This document shows, piece by piece, positions 13,679 to 24,769 of a stretch of 64,000 nucleotides of DNA. Origin of the DNA: Octopus vulgaris (taxonomy: Eukaryota); NCBI GenBank assembly GCA_951406725.2, contig OX597817.1, forward strand, positions 52,452,001 to 52,516,000, read 5' to 3'. Each line of letters starts with the position of its first letter. Position 1 is the stretch's first letter. Below the pieces are notes generated by a model. That model made no database searches. It saw nothing but the letters and a program-made list of their open reading frames with translations, and was not told the origin of the DNA. The position numbers and the translations under genes were made by a program.

Positions 13679-13815
13679 CTGATGATTAGAACGGATATAA
13701 GGGTCATCAATTTCAACCTCAGTCAGGGTAATGTCCAGTAAATCACTGAATATTGTGGAATAGTTGTGACCAATGGTGTTCTCTTCAATCTGAATGACTT
13801 TATTGAATTTCTCAG
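13679..13815 (-). CDS. MITD1: MITD1 coding exon 3
   Basis: cag acceptor; AEKFNKVIQIEENTIGHNYSTIFSDLLDITLTEVEIDDPYIRSNHQ (DPYIR motif of the MIT_C/PLD-like domain); GTAATT donor; 137 nt. Confidence 0.93.
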
Positions 13816-16352
13816 CTGTTTTGGAAAATGGAGAACAATCAGTATAGAGAGCTTTATGTGTGTGTGCGGAGAGAGAGAGAGATGCAAAAGTGTGCATGTA
13901 TATAATGTGTGTGTGTGTGTGTGTGCATATGTGTTTTCCATTAGACACTGCTTGCGAAGACCTGTTGAGGCAAGTGAAATCGAAATCAAATTTGATGACT
14001 GGCATCTGTGCTAGTGGAGCACTAAGAGCACCATCCAAGTGTGATCGTTGCCAGAGTGGCTAACTGGTGTCCGGGCTGGTGGCAGGTAAAAAGCACCATT
14101 CGAGCATGATTGTTACCAGCATTGCCTTACAGGTACTTGTGTCGGTGTGCAGGTGGCACGTAAAAGGTGGCGAGCTGGCAGAAACGTTAGCACGTCGGGT
14201 GAAATGCTTACCGGCATTTCGTCTGCCGCTATGTTCTGAGTTCAAATTTTGCCGAGGTCGACTTTGCCTTTCATCCCTTCGGGGTCGATAAATTAAGTAC
14301 CAGTTACGCACTGGGGTCGATATAATCAACTTAATCCGTCTGTCTGTCCTTGTTTGTCCCTTCTGTGTTTAGCCCCTTGTGGGTAGTAAAGATATAGGTG
14401 GCACGTAAAAAAAAAACACCATTTGGGCATGGCCATTGCTAGTATCTCCAGACGGGCCCCATGCTGATGGCAAGTAAAAGCATCCACAACACTGTCAGAG
14501 TGGTTGGCGTTAGGAAGGGCATCAGGCTGTAGAAACTCTGCCAGATCAAGATTGAAGCCTGGTGCAGCCATCTGGTTCGTCAGTCCTCAGTCATTTGTCC
14601 AACCCATGCTAGCATGGAAAGATGATGATGATGATGTATGTGTGCGTGTGTATATGATGTGTGTGTGTGTGTGTATGTCTGTGTTTGTGCACGTGCATGT
14701 ATATGATGTGTGTGTGTGTGTATGTGCCTGTTAACATACGAGTGTAAGTGTAGACGTGTAAGAATATAGGTACAGTCACAGCTGTGTGGGTAAGATGCTT
14801 GCTTTGCAATCATGTGGTCTCAGGTTCATTTCCACTGTGTCAGGAAGCCCATTGCATCATCACCATCATCTTCATCATTGTCATTTAATTTCTGCTTTCC
14901 CTGCTGGCATATATAGGCGCAGGAGTGGCTGTGTGGTAAGTAGCTTGCTTCCCAACCACATAGTCCCAGGTTCAGCTCCACTACATGGCACCTTGGGCAA
15001 GTGTCTTCTACCATAGCCGTGGGCCGACCAAAGCCTTGCGAATCAATTTGGTAGATGGAAACTGAAAGAGGCCCATCATATATATACATATATATGTTTG
15101 TATCTGTGTTTGTCCCTACACCATTGCTTGACAACCGATGATGGTGTTTTACGTCCTTGTAACTTAGCGGTTCGGCAAAAAAGACCGATAGAATAAGTAC
15201 TAGGCTTCCAAGGAATAACTCCTCGGGTCAATTTACTCGACTAAAAGGTGGTGCTCCAGCATGGCCACTGTCAAGTGACTGAAACGAGTAAAAGGGTAAA
15301 GAGTATATATATATATATATATGTATAATGAAGGCACATAATTCACAATCATGAGGTAGTGAGTTCGAATCCTGGACCGGGCTGCGTGTTGTGTTCTTGA
15401 GCAAGACACTTTATTCCACGTTGCTCTAGTTCACTCAGCTGTGGAAATGAGTTGTGACATCACTGGTGCCAAACTGTATCGGCCCATTTGCCTTTTCCTT
15501 GGATAACATCGGTGGCATGGAGAAGGGAGGCTGGTATGCGTGGGTGACTGCTGGTCTTCCATAAAACAACCTTACCTGGACTTATGCCTTGGAGAGGAAC
15601 TTTCTAGGTGCAACCCCATGGTCATTCATGACTGAAGGGGGTTTTTACTTTATACACACACACACACATATGTATATGAATGTATGTGTGTGTGTCTGTC
15701 CCCCACCATTGACAACCATTATTGGCTTGTTTACATCCCTGTAACTTAGTAGTTCAGCAAAGGAGACTTAAAAAGAAAACAGTACTGGGGTCGATTTATA
15801 TATCATCATCATCATCATCGTCGTTTAACGTCCGTTCTCCATGCTAGCATGGGTTGGACGGTTCGACCGGGGATCTGGGAAGCCAGAAGGCTGCACCAGG
15901 CTCCAGTCTTATCTGGCAGTGTTTCTACAGCTGGATGCCCTTCCTAACGCCAACCACTCCGTGAGTGTAGTGGGTGCTTTTTACGTGCCACCTGCACAGG
16001 TGCCAGGCGAGGCTGGCAACGGCCACGGTCGGATTGGTGTATTTTATGTGCCACCGGCATGGAAGCCAGACGAGGCGGTGCTGGCATCGGCCACGAGTCG
16101 GATGGTGCTTTTTACGTACCACCAGACCAGGGATCCTGGCTGGTTCAATTCGATTTCGATTTCGCTTGCCCCAACATGTCTTCGCAAGCAAGGGGGTTGG
16201 CATGGGGTCAAAAGTTTTGCAATGTTTTGGTAATGTATTTACTTTATTCATCATGGGGTTGATTTATTCAACTAAGCCCTTTAAGGTGGTGCCCCAGCAT
16301 GGCCACCATCAAAAGGCTGAAACAACTAAAGGATAAAAAGTAAACAACATAC

Positions 16353-16454
16353 CATCCTTCAGTTTTTTCATTGCCTGTTTAAGCTTCTCTGCTCTACCCA
16401 TGTATTCATTAATCTTAGCTCGGTATTTCTCTTTTTTGACATTACTACTGAACC
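16353..16454 (-). CDS. MITD1: MITD1 coding exon 2
   Basis: ttcttgcag acceptor; GFSSNVKKEKYRAKINEYMGRAEKLKQAMKKLKD (MIT helix 3, YxxRAExLK); GTATGT donor; 102 nt, phase 1 to 1. Confidence 0.93.
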
Positions 16455-17252
16455 CTGCAAGAAGAAGGAAAAAAATAAAACAAAAAACAAAAAACAAAAA
16501 TAATAAAACAGGCGCAGGAGTGGCTGTGTGGTAAGTAGCTTGCTTACCTACCACATGGTTCCGGGTTCATTCCCACTGCGTGGCACCTTGGGCAAGTGTC
16601 TTCTACTATAGCCTTGGGCCGACCAAAGCCTCGTGAGTGGATTTGGGACAGAAACTGAAAGAAGCCTGTTGTATATATGTATATATGTTAGTGTGTGTGT
16701 GTGTGTGTTTGTGTGTCTGTGTTTGTCCCCCCAACATTGCTTGACAACCGATGCTGGTGCTGGTTTGGCAAAAGAGACCGATAGAATAAAGTACTAGGCT
16801 TCCAAAGAATAAGTCCGGGGGTCGAGTTGCTCGACTAAAGGCGGTGCTCCAGCATGGCTGCCGTCAAATGACTGAAACAAGTAAAAGAGAGTAAAACAAA
16901 AAACAACTGCATGTCAGAACTCTTGGAAGAAATTAATATTGAAACAATAAAACAGTCAGTGGGGTGGTGGATTTTAAAGGAATTCTTTTCAATGCTGGTG
17001 GCACGGAAAAAGCATCCACTACACTCTCGAAGTGGTTGGTGTTAGGACGGGCATCCAGCTGTAGAAACCTTGCCAGGTCAAGATTGGAGCGTGGTATAGC
17101 CTTCTGGCTTGCCAGTCCTCAGTCAAACCATCCAACCCATGGCAGCATGGAAAGCAGATGTTAAATGATGATGATGATGTGTATGTATGTATATATATAT
17201 TAAAATTATAAGTATATGAAAGAATGGAGTTGAACGACTAGTTAACAAATAT

Positions 17253-17347
17253 CCTTTATTCTCGACATATGTTTCGAAGGCTGCATATTCCTAATTCCGA
17301 AGGAATAAGGAGTACATTATGCAGATTTCTCATCAGGAAAATCAAGG
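17253..17347 (-). ncRNA. type I hammerhead ribozyme (mirror copy, sense to MITD1 pre-mRNA)
   Basis: Same fold on the minus strand; stem III GAAAC-ATAT-GTC (palindromic ACATATGT). Confidence 0.75.
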
Positions 17348-18082
17348 AACTTATGTCGACATCAAAATGCACAAAAAACTTTTAGCTGACCGATCTCAAG
17401 GAGCCCATGGCAGTCTCTTTATAATGAGTGACGTCAGAGTGGCTGAATGTAGAAGAATCTAGAAGTTTCTAAAGGTTCAAGAGTTCAAACGAAGTAGGAG
17501 GAGGGAGGTATAAGAATAGTAAGGTGAGAGAGTGCAGGTCAAAAGAATGGGTTTAAATGATTTCTTTTGTGAATGAGTGCCTGTGTGTGTGACTGTATAT
17601 AACTGTCTTAATGTGTGTGTCTGAATGGGTGATTGTGTTTGTGGATGGGTAGATGGCAGAAAACTGACAGCTGTTCGATTATGTTTACTGTGGAGAAAGG
17701 AAAGTATACTTTCCTTTCTCCACAGTAAACATAATCGAACACACAGACACAGATCAGTTTTCTGCCATCTACCCATCCACAAACACAATCACCCATTCAG
17801 ACACACACATTAAGACAGTTATATACAGTCACACACACAGGCACTCATTCACAAAAGAAATCATTTAAACCCATTCTTTTGACCTGCACTCTCTCACCTT
17901 ACTATTTTTATGCCTCCCTCCTCCTACTTCGTTTGAACTCTTGAACCTTTAGAAACTTCTAGATTCTTCTACATTCAGCCACTCTGACGTCACTCATTAT
18001 AAAGAGACACTCATTATCGCCATGGGCTCCTTGGGAGCGGTCAGCTAAAAGTTTTTTGTGCAATTTGATGTCGACATAAGTT

Positions 18083-18175
18083 CCTTGATTTTCCTGATGA
18101 GAAATCTGCATAATGTACTCCTTATTCCTTCGGAATTAGGAATATGCAGCCTTCGAAACATGTCGAGAATAAAGG
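18083..18175 (+). ncRNA. type I hammerhead ribozyme (minimal stem III, extended stem II)
   Basis: Stem I CCTTGATTTTC/GAGAATAAAGG; CTGATGA 18094-18100; stem II GAA..CTGCATA...TATGCAG..TTC; GAAA 18155-18158; palindromic ACATGT; GTC triplet 18162-18164. Confidence 0.75.
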
Positions 18176-18400
18176 ATATTTGTTAACTAGTCGTTCAACT
18201 CCATTCTTTCATATACTTATAATTTTAAAATAAACATACAAATTTCCGCACGAAGAGACGTAGTCTATGCCCTAGGGACGTAGCTTCAACCGTGTTCTTT
18301 CTGATGTGAATTTGCTACCCAGGTATCGGTTATCTTTCGAATTATCCTTAATAAGATAATTCATTCAATTACTCAAATATATATATATATATATGATGAT

Positions 18401-19020
18401 ATAATATATAAATTAGAGAAAAACCACTATTATGCAATTCAAACAATGATAGATATAAACCAAATCATAAAGAAAAATAAAATATATTATAAAACATATA
18501 ACTAGATCATAAAAAGTACAAAAAATGAATAAACAATATATAATAAGTACTTATTCATCATCATCATTTAGCGTCCACTTTCTATGCTAGCATGGGTTGG
18601 ACGGTTCAACTGGGATCTGGGAAGCCAGAAGGTTGCACCAGGCCCAGTCTGATCTGGCACTGTTTCTACGGCTGGATGCCCCTCCTAATGCCAACCACTC
18701 CATGAGTGTAGTGGGTGCTTTTTACATGCCACCGGCATGGGGGCTAGGCGAGGCTGGCAACGGCCACGATCGGATGGTGCTTTTTACGTGCCACCGGCAC
18801 ATTGTTTATTTATTTTTTTGTACTAATTGTGATCTAGTTATATGTTATATAATATATTTTATTTTTTCTGTATGGTATGATTTACAGCTATCATTGTTTG
18901 AATTACATAATAGTGTTTTTCTCTAATTTATATATATTATATATTTATATTGAGGAATTTGGTTTAATACTAAATTGAATTTTTCCCTGTAAGTTTAGAG
19001 TTATACTCCCTTATATATAT
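18401..19020. repeat. older AT-rich fold-back element with a SINE inserted at its centre
   Basis: 18401-18537 and 18801-18940 are diverged inverted arms; right arm has an unpaired tail ending in (TA)n; tail related to 62090-62410. Confidence 0.65.
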
Positions 19021-19032
19021 AATATATATATA

Positions 19033-19194
19033 TAGTCAATCCAAACATAAACAAGCAAGGAAAAACAACAACGCGAAGACGTGGAATAAGTACAGTGTTA
19101 TTGGATGCTCAGGAAAGGAAAGAAGGAGGATTTAACGTTTCAAGCGGAGCTCTTCATCAGAAATATAGAAAAAGTTCAAAGAAGGGAAGATGGA
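19033..19194 (-). repeat. short HHR-containing repeat (third family) ending in (TA)n
   Basis: Minus strand ATTT-CTGATGA-A-GAGC-TCC-GCTT-GAAA-CGTT-AAAT at 19130-19165. Confidence 0.6.
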
Positions 19195-19490
19195 GCACAT
19201 GGCATAGTGGTTAAGAGCGCGGGCTACTAACCCCAAGATTCCAAGTTCGATTCCAGGCAGTGATCTGAATAATAACAATAATAATAATGATAATAATAAT
19301 AATAACAATAACAACATCGAAAAATACCTTAGGAATAAGAACCCAGGTTCGAAATTTCTCCAAGACACCTGATGAAGTCTGGAGGGTATATCAGCAGAAA
19401 CGTTATGTTAACAACAAACAAGATGAGGACAAATATCCATCAATTGTAAATAATGTACATAATTCCTCATCTCTTAAATATAAAACTGTA
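19195..19490 (+). mobile_element. tRNA-headed SINE containing a minimal hammerhead ribozyme, full-length copy
   Basis: A box TGGCATAGTGG 19200-19210, B box GTTCGATTCC 19245-19254, (AAT)n linker, HHR core 19364-19409, fixed 3' end ..AAATATA(G/A)AACTGTA. Other copies: 1702-1950, 8001-8446, 8622-8683, 9114-9281, 30197-30523, 52692-52779, 59680-60078. Confidence 0.8.
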
Positions 19491-20220
19491 TTTCCATTCT
19501 GATTCCAAATTTTGCCGAGGTCGACGTTGCTTTTCATCCTTCCAGGTTTGATAAAATAAGCACCAGTTGTGCACTTAGATCATTGTAATAAACTTATCTC
19601 AACCCCATGCTATCACATAACATCAATATATACCAGTGCACCGTAATCGGTATGCCGCGACACACTGGTGTACCACGAGATGATGCTAGGTGTGCCGCAG
19701 TGTAACCTGAATATAATTTTTTCTGTATACTTTTAGTCATATTTTTGTTCAGGTGTTGAAAGAATATAAGTGTACCGCAAATGAAAAACTGATATAGATT
19801 ATACTGTGTATTTATTCCGGCAACCCAGAGTCTGACGATAATGAAACCAAAATGTTTAAATTGTTTTTATTTGTGGAAAAACTGCATGCACACACACACA
19901 CACAGACAAGAAGAAGCACGCACACACAGACAAAGAAACCTTGCCAGGTCATATTGGAGCCTGGTATAGCATTTCTTATTTCTTTATTGCCCACAAAGGG
20001 CTAAACATAGAAGGGACAAATAAGGACAGACAAATGGATTAAGTCGATTACATCGATTCCAGTGCATAATTTATTTATCGACTTAATTTATCGACCCTGA
20101 AAGGTACTTAATTTATCGACCCTGAAAGGATGAAAGGCTAAGTTGATCTCGGTGGAAGCATGCGCGCACAACCCATTAGCTTTCTTCTCCTCCTCCCATT
20201 TGAGAGAAGTGAATTGTTGA

Positions 20221-20234
20221 GTTGCCATGGAAAC
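20221..20234. promoter_or_regulatory. RFX X-box-like motif in MITD1 intron 1
   Basis: GTTGCCATGGAAAC fits the X-box consensus GTTNCCATGGNAAC; GCATGCGCGC (NRF1-like) at 20158-20167. Confidence 0.35.
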
Positions 20235-21441
20235 AACCGACTCCTTGTTATTGTATTGTCGAGTCAAACCGAAAGAATGCCTGCTCGTGTATAAGTTGCA
20301 CCTCTAATTTAATCTTTGTACAAAATGTTTTGATAGCTTTAGCTTTGTCCTGAATATATGCCAAAACTCAATTTTTTTTTTCCCCAGTTAAAAATCAAGC
20401 TGAGGTGTGTATTCCAGGTGTGCACGAAAATGACAAATTCATTATAAATATTAACCTTACTCATTAATTTAATTACAAATTTTTATGGAAAACTTTTGTT
20501 ATAGCCCTGTTTGAAATTTGGTGACATTTGCTCTGGCAGCACAACCAATACAATAACCACCATTCGTCACTGATAAGAATAAAATAATACAGCTTCCACA
20601 TAAGTAATACAGTACATATGAGTAGAAAGGGGACGAACTGGCAGAAACGTTAGTGGTATTTCGTCTGTCTTTACGTTCTGAGTCCAAATTCCGCCGAGGT
20701 CGACTTTGCCTTTCATCCTTTCGGGGTCGATAAATTAAGTGCCAGTTACGCACTGGGGTCGATATAATCGACTTAATCCCTTTGTCTGTTCTTGTTTGTC
20801 CCCTCTATGTTTAACCCCTTGTGCGCAATAAAGAAATAAGAAATGTTAGCGGTATTTCGTCTGTCTTTATGTTCTGAGTTCAAATTCCGCCGAGGTCGAC
20901 TTTGCCTTTCATCCTTTCGGGATCGATAAATTAAGTACCAGTCGCGTACTGGAGTCGATCTAATGAACTGGCTCCCTCCCCCAAGATTTCGGGCCTTGTG
21001 CCTAGAAAAATATATATATGTGTAGAATAGCTGTAAATTAGATAAGAGCGTAGCTGTGGTCGAGCATTAGCTAAGAATTCTTATTATACAATATTTCCAT
21101 TTGCTTAAAATTATTATTAGTGTAACAATACTGTCTTCATTTGTTAATTAGATGATAATAATCATTATTACTGGCAATATTTCGGTAAAAGTCTATGTCA
21201 TCATGAGTATCTGTTGGAAATTTTAATTAAAAGTATTCACGTTTCTGAAAATTATGAGGAAACAATTAGTGGGGGCACGCATCTGGAGATTCTTTCGTTT
21301 TGACTCGCCAAAATATATAATTAAATAAATCAGATCGACTGCTGCATTCGACATGTGTAATTTCTAACTTATAAGGTGTTTCCCCATTATGAAAACTGTG
21401 CGATCCTAGTTCAGAACCACAACAAAACGAACAATATTTAC

Positions 21442-21562
21442 CTTTTAAAGCTTTTAACAACAAACCGATTCCTTCCTCATAACAAACTATTGCTTGGTCA
21501 AACCGCCGCTCTTGGTCCAAAACCACCGCACGTTTTAGAACGTTAATTGCTGACTCTTCCAT
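21442..21562 (-). CDS. MITD1: MIT domain-containing protein 1, coding exon 1
   Basis: ATG at 21562; [40 protein letters not shown] is a MIT-domain N-terminus; GTAAAT donor, phase 1. The six exons join to 726 nt = 241 aa + stop with all phases consistent. Confidence 0.93.
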
Positions 21563-21813
21563 ACTAGATACTTTTTTTTTTATCTCCGCATTGCAACAAG
21601 TTTAAGTCTAGCTTTTAACAGGAAAAGGTAGAACATGAAACCGAAAGTAATTACAAGGAAGTTGTAACAAGTTTTTAAAAAACCGGTGTAAGAGGAAAAA
21701 ACGTTTCTGCTTTTAAAGCTGATTAGTTCGAAATCTTTGTTTCTTCTTCTAGTGCTTAACCAAAGGTAAAAGTAACCCTTGGACATTAGTCTCAAGTGCC
21801 GGGACTCCTTAAG

Positions 21814-22228
21814 GCGGTGAGCTGGCAGAATCGTTAGCACGCCGGGCGAAATGCTCAGCAGTATTTCGTCTGCCATTACGTTATGAGTTCAAATTCCGCG
21901 ACGTCGACTTTGCTTTTCATCCTTTCGGGGCGATTAAATAAGTACCAGTTACGCACTGGGGTCATTATAATCGACTTAATCCGTTTGTCTGTCCTTGTTT
22001 GTCCTCTCTGTGTCTAGCCCCTTGTGGGTAGTAAAGAAATAGGTATTTCGTCAGCCGTTACGTTGTGAGTTCAAATTCCGCCGAGGTCAACTTTGCCTTT
22101 CATCCTTTCGGGGTCGATAAATTAAGTACCAGTTACGCACTGGGGTCGATGTAATCGACTTAATCCGTTTGTCTATCCTTGTTTGTCCCCTCTATGTTTA
22201 GCCCCTTGTGGTTAGTAAAGAAATAAGT
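21814..22228 (+). mobile_element. tRNA-derived SINE family A (Nin-like central domain), tandem-unit form
   Basis: GGCGAGCTGGCAGAA..GAGTTCAAATTCC head and GTCGACTTTGCCTTTCATCCTTTCGGGGTCGAT core. Other copies ~2892-3110, 14166-14400, 20630-21005, 24770-25185, 30535-30767(-), 32585-33000, 36112-36510(-), 42893-43124, 47998-48225, 54407-54800, 57912-58312. Confidence 0.8.
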
Positions 22229-22688
22229 GATGGGACTCTTAGGACTCGTTACCCTGTTTCTATGTTGTATAAGTGACTGGGATAACAAAATTCTTCCTGA
22301 ACAGGACGGCAGTCCCTCGCCGGGTCATTCATTTATAGCTGAGTGAACTGGAGTAACGTGAAATGAAGTGTTTTATTAAAGAACACAACGCACCCCCCGG
22401 TTCTGGAATCGAAACCACGATCTTGTGATAGTGAGTGCAACACGATGCCACGCGCCCATTAACCCCTATCAGGGCCTCTGAGATTGGTTAAAGAAAGCTG
22501 AAGAAGGTTATTTACAAACCAGAGACCAGGCTCGAATTCGGAAGCACGCAATGTATACTCCGCTAAAGGTATCTTGGATCAAATGATGGTGTCTAATTGT
22601 GTGAAAGTCTGCCGCCCAAGCACAGGAACAGTGGTTTGCATTTATCAAATTTCACTCTGAAGACTTTGGTCGACACAAAGCTATAATA

Positions 22689-22814
22689 CAGGGTGTCCAC
22701 AAAGTCTGGGTACATGGAGTAAATAAAATCATAGCATAAACAATTAAATATAAGAAATAATAATTTCTTGAAGTATGTATTAATCCCCATGTACCCAGAC
22801 TTGTGGACACCCTG
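22689..22814. mobile_element. Tc1/mariner MITE (126 bp)
   Basis: TIRs CAGGGTGTCCACAA(A)GTCTGGGTACATGG; TA TSD on both sides. Confidence 0.85.
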
Positions 22815-23219
22815 TAGAATACACGGCAAGACATGAAGTCTTTCCGAATACACTTGCCCAAGGAATTGCTGATTGCAATCACAACCGAAATCATGTAACT
22901 GGGAAACGAACATTATAGAGTATGCATCGCCGAGACACAGATATTGTTGCTCTCATTCCACTCTGCATTGTCTGTACCAAAATTTTGTTGGAATTATGTC
23001 CCTTCGTTTAACAACTCGATGGAGTTGGCATAATGGTTAGCACGTCGGCGAGCTGGCAGAACCGTTAGTAACACCGGGCGAAATGCTTAGCGGTATTTCG
23101 TCTGAGTTCAAATTCCGCCGAGTTACTCACTGGGGTCGATATAATCGACTTAATCTGTTTGCCTGTCCTTGTTTGTCCTCTCTGTGTTTAGCCCCTTGTG
23201 GGTAGTAAAGAAATAGGTA

Positions 23220-23829
23220 TGAAACGAACTTAGTGCGAGTGAATACCTTCGTGCACTTTTGGGGTGCACAAAGCAATCACTCACTAGCCGTTACTTTAAT
23301 AATCCAGAATCTCTGCCCGTCAGAAACAACAAGACGCAGACGTAAAATATACATATAACTACTTTATTCTCTTTCTTGGTAAACAATAACAATAAGTGTG
23401 TTATCTGATGTCCTTGATTCTGGGCGCGCAAGGCTGAAAGTTAATCGATTGTAATATTTACAATGTCCAGCCGATGAAAACAGAAAGGGTCCAAGATGGC
23501 GTCGAACAATGGAGACGATGTTGGTCTGCAACAATTTTGGTTAAAGCCCTTTTGGTAAAGGACTGCTAGAATCAGTTCGAACGGAGAGAATATATGCGTG
23601 ACCCTCGCCATCAATCCTTGGGTCCCAAGTCATTGGCTGCTGCTGCTAGCGGTCGAACGTTCTACGACCCCCTTGCCTCGCTAACTGCTACGTAGGCAAT
23701 AGGGTCGTGCTACCGGTGGTTCGCGCATGCGCGAGAGGGGCCTTCCTTTCTGTGCCTTGGTAAAGGCACCAACACGCGCGAAATACAAATGGGCGGTGCG
23801 CGAGCGCGCGCCGTTGTCGGATCACTACA
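23220..23829 (-). mobile_element. solo LTR, diverged relative of the LTRs at 25372 and 27501
   Basis: Minus strand TGTAGTGA...GTTTCA; colinear with the inner LTRs; 4-bp TSD GGTA (23216-23219, 23830-23833) splitting a SINE. Confidence 0.85.
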
Positions 23830-24769
23830 GGTATTTCGTCTGTCGTTACGTTCTGAGTTCAAATTCCGCCGAGGTCGACTTTGCCTTTCATCTTTTCGGG
23901 GTCGATTAAATAAGTACTGGTTACGCACTGGGGTCGATATAATCGACTTAATCCGTTTGTCTGTCCTTGTTTGTCCCCTCTGTGTTTAGCCCCTTGTGGG
24001 TAGTAAAGAAATAGGTTAGCACGTCGGACAAAATGCACAGTTGCATTTCTTCCGGCCTTTTACGTCCCGAGTCCAAATCTTGCAGTTCAATTTCCCTTTT
24101 CGTCCTTTCGAGGCTGTTGAAATAGAGTAGCAATCAAATACTGGTGTCGATGTAAGCATGCTTACACAAGTGCTCCCCACCGCCGACTTGGTTTCCTTAA
24201 AACTCTGAAAAATCGATTATTTTTAATGAAATTTTCTAGAATTAATGCGAAAATATAAACTGGTGTGCTTTTTTTCTGTGTGTCATCGGCAGTACGCACC
24301 TCACAAAGCTCTTAACTCCGAAGGAGGCGGTCAGTTTTATGCTAAGGTACGATGGGTTAAAGTATGAGAGCAAGGTGACATGTAAAAAGCCCCATTTGAG
24401 TGTGGACATTGTCAGTGCACCTGCCTGGCTCCCGTGCTGGTGGCTCGTAAAACGCATTATTCAAGTGTGGTTGATGCCAGTACCATCTGACTGGCCCTTG
24501 TGCTAGTGCTGCATAAAAAGCACCCACCACACTCGCAGAGTGGCTGGCATTAGAAAGGGCATCCAGCTGTAGAAAATTTGCCAGATCAGATTGGAGACTG
24601 ATGATGATGAAGCGTAATATCATCCCAATCAAAAAATCATTGTTAAAAAACTGTTGAACAATCAAATTTACTTTTGACAGTTGTAATCTGGGCAGGCATT
24701 AAAAAATGGTTGTAGAAATGATTGTTTTACCATTAATTTGTATGGCACCGGTATCTGCCATGACGAGAC

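Larger units (their letters stand above)
17200..18376. mobile_element. spacer-less ~1-kb palindromic insertion, probable non-autonomous Penelope-like element
   Basis: Arms 17200-17706 and 17707-18228 are reverse complements centred on GAAAGTA|TACTTTC; right arm continues ~150 nt unpaired; (TA)n on both flanks; HHR core in each arm. Confidence 0.8.

Noticed and set aside
21635-21667. ATGAAACCGAAA|GTAATT near the MITD1 start as GSR exon 1 from a bidirectional promoter
   Set aside because: Phase 0 is incompatible with the phase-1 acceptor at 42169; the candidate at 31670 has the right phase and a stronger donor.
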